Below the pieces are notes generated by a model. That model did no database searches, was not told where the DNA came from, and worked only from the letters and a program-made list of their open reading frames with translations. A program made the translations under genes and the position numbers. Shown in pieces: positions 7,758-11,266 of a stretch of DNA of 11,266 nucleotides; position 1 is the stretch's first letter, and the number at the start of each line of letters is the position of its first letter. The DNA comes from Fibrobacterota bacterium. Lineage in GTDB: Bacteria > Fibrobacterota > Fibrobacteria > UBA11236. The stretch is from positions 1-11,266 of the forward strand of contig JAYUVP010000319.1 in the NCBI GenBank assembly GCA_043753995.1, in the 5' to 3' direction.

Positions 7758-8378
7758 ATGATGTCAGAATCTTCCGCATCCATTGAAACGTCCTTGCAAT
7801 TCGGATCTGAAGTCGTCCAACGACTTTTGCCGCATCGTCGGCCCTTGCTTATGGTCGACGCCGTGACGTCTTATCGACGTTACCCCAACCCTTGCCTCAC
7901 CGCCAAGCGGCATATTTCGGCCAATGAGGAAGTCTTTGCGGGACACTTTCCCGACTTGCACTTGTGGCCCGGCATCTATACCCAGGAAGGCCTGGGACAA
8001 TGCTGCCACCTTCTGCAAGTCCTCGCTTTTTTGCAGGACATATGGCAAGCCCGAGGCCAAAACCCCGAAGATATCTTGCAGGCCTTACGACAGCTCGATC
8101 GAGGCCATCGCCTGCAGCCTGGTGCCAAACCTCAAGCGGATATTCCCTGGCGAGAATTATCGGGGGCCGGTGCGAAAATAGGCATGGCAGGCTCGGTGGA
8201 AATCCGTTTCCTCTCCCCCGTTTTCGCGGGGCAATGCCTAGAATATCGCGTCGTCCGCACCCATGTTTTAGAAAACCTCTCGCGCTTTGAAGTCGAGGCC
8301 ACGGTAGAAGGTCGATGCGTGGCTAAGGGCAAGTTGACCGGAGCCGTTTTGTCTTTGCCTGATTCGCTCTCGGAGTGA
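7758..8378 (+). CDS. 3-hydroxyacyl-ACP dehydratase, FabZ-like hot-dog fold, with internal insertion
   Basis: LLPHRRPLLMVD, FAGHFP…PG…QEGLGQ with H63/E77 at the 14-residue FabZ dyad spacing, RFLSPVFAGQ, EATVEGRCVAKG. 206 aa versus about 150 aa for standard FabZ. Confidence 0.88.
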   Translation: MMSESSASIETSLQFGSEVVQRLLPHRRPLLMVDAVTSYRRYPNPCLTAKRHISANEEVFAGHFPDLHLWPGIYTQEGLGQCCHLLQVLAFLQDIWQARGQNPEDILQALRQLDRGHRLQPGAKPQADIPWRELSGAGAKIGMAGSVEIRFLSPVFAGQCLEYRVVRTHVLENLSRFEVEATVEGRCVAKGKLTGAVLSLPDSLSE

Positions 8379-9757
8379 TACTTTCGGCGCAGAAACATGG
8401 AATGATTCGCAAACTCAACCCATTCCGCGCCCTTGCGGTTTACGCGGGGCTCTCACTTTACGCATGCGCGCCGCAAGTAACCTGGGTTTTGCGCAGCCCC
8501 GATCGCAGCCAAGAAGCGCAAGTGAAGGCTTTTTCCAAATCACAACAGGTTTTCATCCATGGCCAAAAGGTCGGCGAATATTCCGGAGTCGCGGTCGGCA
8601 CTTTCGCCTTCAGTGGCGATGGCAAGCGATGGGCTTATGCCGCCCGCAAGGGGGAAAGCTGGGCTTTGCATACTTCGCAAGGGGAAATAGGAATTTGGGA
8701 CGGCCTCGGGGAAATACTTTATTCTCCCGACGGAAGTAGACTGGCGTTCCAAACCGAAAGCAAGCGCCGATGGTCGGTATGGATTCATGATTTTAAATCC
8801 CGTCACGAAGTTACATCACAACCCTTCGATGCTCTGATGGCAGGCTCTATGCAATTCGACCCGCGAGGCCAACACCTTGCTTATGCGGCCCAGCGGGGGA
8901 AAAACTGGCATGCCGTGACTGATTCCATCCTCGGCCCGGCCTGGGAAGGAGTCCGTCCCGGCCTATGGAGCGCCGATGGTCGGCAATTCGCTTTTATCGC
9001 ACGAAGGCAAGGCAAGTCCTATGTCGTTGTCGATGACAAAGAATGGGGGCCCTATGCCGAAGCTCGTGATTTACAATGGTCTCAAGATACCCTAGCAAGG
9101 GATTATGCCTTCGTAGCAACGATTGGCGACGCAGAAGCCATCGTGCAAACCGGCGGACAAACCCCGGCCGGCTTTCCCTCGGTGCGTAAGGGCAGCCTGA
9201 ATTTCTGGCCGGGACATCGCCATCCCGTTTTCGTCGCTACCCTGCCCGAAGGTGGCCTGGCCCTGCATGTTGGCGGCATCGCCGAAGCGAGCTATCAGGT
9301 GATTTCAGAACCGCGAAGCGATGCGACAGGGAAACACTGGGGTTACGCCGCCCGTGATTCGATTTCCTGGATTTTGTCCATCAATGCCCATGAAATCGGG
9401 CGCTATGCTTGGGTTTCTGATCCCACTTTCGGTCGCGACGGGGCCTATGCCTTCGTCCTGCGGCAAGGCAAAGGCATGGCAGTGCAATACTCCGGACGCA
9501 GCTATGCCTTCGACTTTCTTTTCGAAGACACCCTTGTTTTCGATCGCGAGGGTTTGCATTGGGGATGTGTCGCGGGAGATGCCAAGGCGCGACGATTCTT
9601 TTTCGTTCGTGACGGCAAGAAAATGCGCGACCTCGATTTAAATGAAATCGCGGGCATCACCCTGCATGCACCCTTGGCATCGCAAGCCCATCGCCTGCGC
9701 GATTGGACAGCGGCTGAGCTGGAATTAGCCAATCCCCCTGAGCTAGGAGACCCATGA
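8375..9757 (+). CDS. Probable lipoprotein with TolB/WD40-like beta-propeller repeats
   Basis: Basic N-region, hydrophobic stretch and LYA-C lipobox. About nine repeats of the type (F/W/Y)SxDGx(R/H)xA(F/Y)xA: FSGDGKRWAYAA, YSPDGSRLAF, FDPRGQHLAYAA, WSADGRQFAFIA, SDATGKHWGYAA, FDREGLHWGCVA and others. Start is GTG 8375 (GTGA overlap) or ATG 8402. Confidence 0.75.
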   Translation: MILSAQKHGMIRKLNPFRALAVYAGLSLYACAPQVTWVLRSPDRSQEAQVKAFSKSQQVFIHGQKVGEYSGVAVGTFAFSGDGKRWAYAARKGESWALHTSQGEIGIWDGLGEILYSPDGSRLAFQTESKRRWSVWIHDFKSRHEVTSQPFDALMAGSMQFDPRGQHLAYAAQRGKNWHAVTDSILGPAWEGVRPGLWSADGRQFAFIARRQGKSYVVVDDKEWGPYAEARDLQWSQDTLARDYAFVATIGDAEAIVQTGGQTPAGFPSVRKGSLNFWPGHRHPVFVATLPEGGLALHVGGIAEASYQVISEPRSDATGKHWGYAARDSISWILSINAHEIGRYAWVSDPTFGRDGAYAFVLRQGKGMAVQYSGRSYAFDFLFEDTLVFDREGLHWGCVAGDAKARRFFFVRDGKKMRDLDLNEIAGITLHAPLASQAHRLRDWTAAELELANPPELGDP

Positions 9758-10248
9758 AAAGCACATTCACTCATTCGACTTTCTTCGTCACCGCCCTGAC
9801 CGCGCTATTTTCCTTAGCCTGCCAAAAACCCATCGCTAAAACTCCAGGCCAGGAAGTGATTCAAAACATGCCAACCTCAAAACCCTTCACCTTGACGCTT
9901 TCTACCGGTGGCGGCTTTTCGGGATTAGTCGAGGGCTATACCCTAACTTCGCAAGGCGAAGTCAGGGCCTGGAAAAAACGTCCCGGAGCCCCGGAAACCA
10001 CGCAGTGGACAAAAAAGGATGCGCCCGATTCTGCCATGGCTCTCGCTAAATCCCTGCAAGAATTCCTCTCCGTGGATTTGCAAGAAACCGGGAATATGAC
10101 CACAACGATCCGCTATACTGTGGCGGACTCCACCTGGCATTGGTCCATTTCCAGCATGGGCGCCTCCGCACCTGGGTCCGAACCTTTACAGGCGTGGTAT
10201 GCAAGAGCCATTGCCTATTGCCTTAGCCTTGAGCCCCCTGCCCCATGA
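9754..10248 (+). CDS. Small lipoprotein of unknown function (GGGFSG motif)
   Basis: AGGAG RBS at 9745-9749 and ATGA overlap with the previous stop. Signal peptide with SLA-C23 lipobox. Beta-strand-GGGFSG-beta-strand segment FTLTLSTGGGFSGLVEGYTLTSQG. Confidence 0.75.
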   Translation: MKSTFTHSTFFVTALTALFSLACQKPIAKTPGQEVIQNMPTSKPFTLTLSTGGGFSGLVEGYTLTSQGEVRAWKKRPGAPETTQWTKKDAPDSAMALAKSLQEFLSVDLQETGNMTTTIRYTVADSTWHWSISSMGASAPGSEPLQAWYARAIAYCLSLEPPAP

Positions 10249-10272
10249 TCTAAAGGATCCGTCACGACGATC

Positions 10273-10323
10273 GGATGCAAATTCCTTTGCCCAAGGGCAA
10301 ACTCACGCCACGAGTGGGCATCC
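10273..10323. repeat. Nested inverted-repeat element between convergent genes (possible bidirectional terminator or REP-like element)
   Basis: Outer stem GGATGC (10273-10278)/GCATCC (10318-10323) encloses TTTGCC-CAAG-GGCAAA (10286-10301) and CTC-ACGCCAC-GAG (10302-10314). Confidence 0.5.
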
Positions 10324-10325
10324 CT

Positions 10326-11266
10326 CTACTGCGACGTCTCCGGCGAAAATCCGTTACGCATAGTACTTTCACTGATGGCCCGCGCATCGGCGAATAGCCG
10401 CAAATAACCGGGCCCGCCGGCCTTACTACCCAAGCCGCTATGCCCGAAGCCGCCAAAGGGTTGACGGCCCACCATAGCACCCGTGCAAGGCCGGTTAACA
10501 TAAAGGTTACCCACGCGAAAATGGTCGCGCGCCATGGCAATGTGGCTAGGACGTCGCGAGTAGACTGCGCCAGTCAAGGCATAAGGCGTGGCCGTCACCC
10601 AATCCAAGGCCTGGGAAAAGGATTCCGCCCGTAACACGGCCAAGATGGGTCCGAAAAACTCTTCCTGCATGAATCGGTGCCGGATGCTGTCGACCGCGAA
10701 AACAGCCGGGGCCACGAAGCGCCCCCCTTCGGGCGCCTGACCGAGGTAAAGCGCCTTGGCACCTAGACCCGGGGCCTGCACGGCTTCCCGCAGGCGAGCA
10801 GCAGAATCATCCTCTATCACCGGGGGCATATCACAACCCGAGTCCCATGCAGGCGACACGGTCCACAAGTCGAGATGCTCCGCGAGGCGCGCCACAAAGG
10901 CCTCATAAATATCACCCACCACAAAAAGTCGCGAGGCCGCCGAGCATTTTTGACCCGCATAACCAAAGGCACTTTTGGCCACACCCGCCACAGCTTCGTC
11001 GAGATCCGCATCGTCGTCGACGATTATGGCGTTCTTGCCGCCCAGTTCGCAGACCACGCGTTTGAGCATGCGCTGCCCGGCTCGCACTTGCGCCGCCTCG
11101 GCCAAAATTCCGGTGCCGACGGCAAAGCTTCCGGTGAAGGCAATTTGCGTCACTTCGGAGTGACGTACCAGATAGGCTCCCGTTACTTCCCCGTGTCCCG
11201 GCAGGAATTGCACCGTCCCCGTTGAAAATCCCACGGCCAACATGGCTTCGAATAAAGCATAGCCAG
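10326..11266 (-). CDS. putA: C-terminal L-glutamate-gamma-semialdehyde (P5C) dehydrogenase domain, probably of bifunctional PutA; 5' end lies outside the window
   Basis: ALDH motifs IAFTGS, ELGGKNA, FGYAGQKCSAASR (catalytic Cys), EEFFGP, YALTG, VGNLYVNR-TGAMVGRQPFGG-SG-GSKAGGPGYL. C-terminal ESTMRNGFSP is like the ENTMRRGFAP end of short bifunctional PutAs. The frame stays open upstream of 11243 (…GYALFEAM) to the window edge. Confidence 0.88.
   Translation of the reverse strand, partial: GYALFEAMLAVGFSTGTVQFLPGHGEVTGAYLVRHSEVTQIAFTGSFAVGTGILAEAAQVRAGQRMLKRVVCELGGKNAIIVDDDADLDEAVAGVAKSAFGYAGQKCSAASRLFVVGDIYEAFVARLAEHLDLWTVSPAWDSGCDMPPVIEDDSAARLREAVQAPGLGAKALYLGQAPEGGRFVAPAVFAVDSIRHRFMQEEFFGPILAVLRAESFSQALDWVTATPYALTGAVYSRRPSHIAMARDHFRVGNLYVNRPCTGAMVGRQPFGGFGHSGLGSKAGGPGYLRLFADARAISESTMRNGFSPETSQ

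Noticed and set aside
3579..8378. Housekeeping fatty-acid synthesis operon, canonical aryl polyene cluster or ladderane cluster
   Set aside because: No plsX, fabH or fabD. The KS is fused to a dead KS domain. There is no acyl-AMP ligase, acyl/glycosyltransferase or MMPL gene typical of aryl polyene loci, and no radical SAM gene.
1..11266. CRISPR array, tRNA/rRNA, transposase or integrase
   Set aside because: No regularly spaced repeats, RNA-gene signatures or recombinase motifs were seen. Nearly the whole window is explained by protein-coding genes.

Overview
Bacterial DNA from a diderm organism, judging by the lipoproteins and an outer-membrane beta-barrel-like protein. Housekeeping genes lie at both ends: thiG (163-942, +) and the 3' part of putA (10326 to the window edge, -). 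A secreted beta-barrel-like gene (965-1582, -) is divergent from a tightly packed nine-gene + strand operon (1785-10248). The operon encodes a ferritin-like diiron enzyme with acyl-ACP-desaturase-type motifs, a Tat-signal lipoprotein with a C-terminal hydrophobic hairpin, a fused ketosynthase/chain-length-factor-like protein, an ACP, a divergent GcvT-like (aminomethyltransferase-fold) protein, a FabG-type ketoreductase, a FabZ-type dehydratase with an insertion, a beta-propeller lipoprotein and a small lipoprotein. The core (long KS + ACP + GcvT-like + KR + DH, no enoyl reductase) matches the core enzyme set of the Streptococcus agalactiae cyl (granadaene polyene) operon. Here, however, the cylE/cylJ/cylAB-type tailoring and export genes are absent, and a diiron oxidase and three envelope lipoproteins are present. 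This is the candidate undescribed system: a polyene-type type II PKS/FAS pathway coupled to envelope proteins. All family assignments come from motif recognition by eye, not from database searches.
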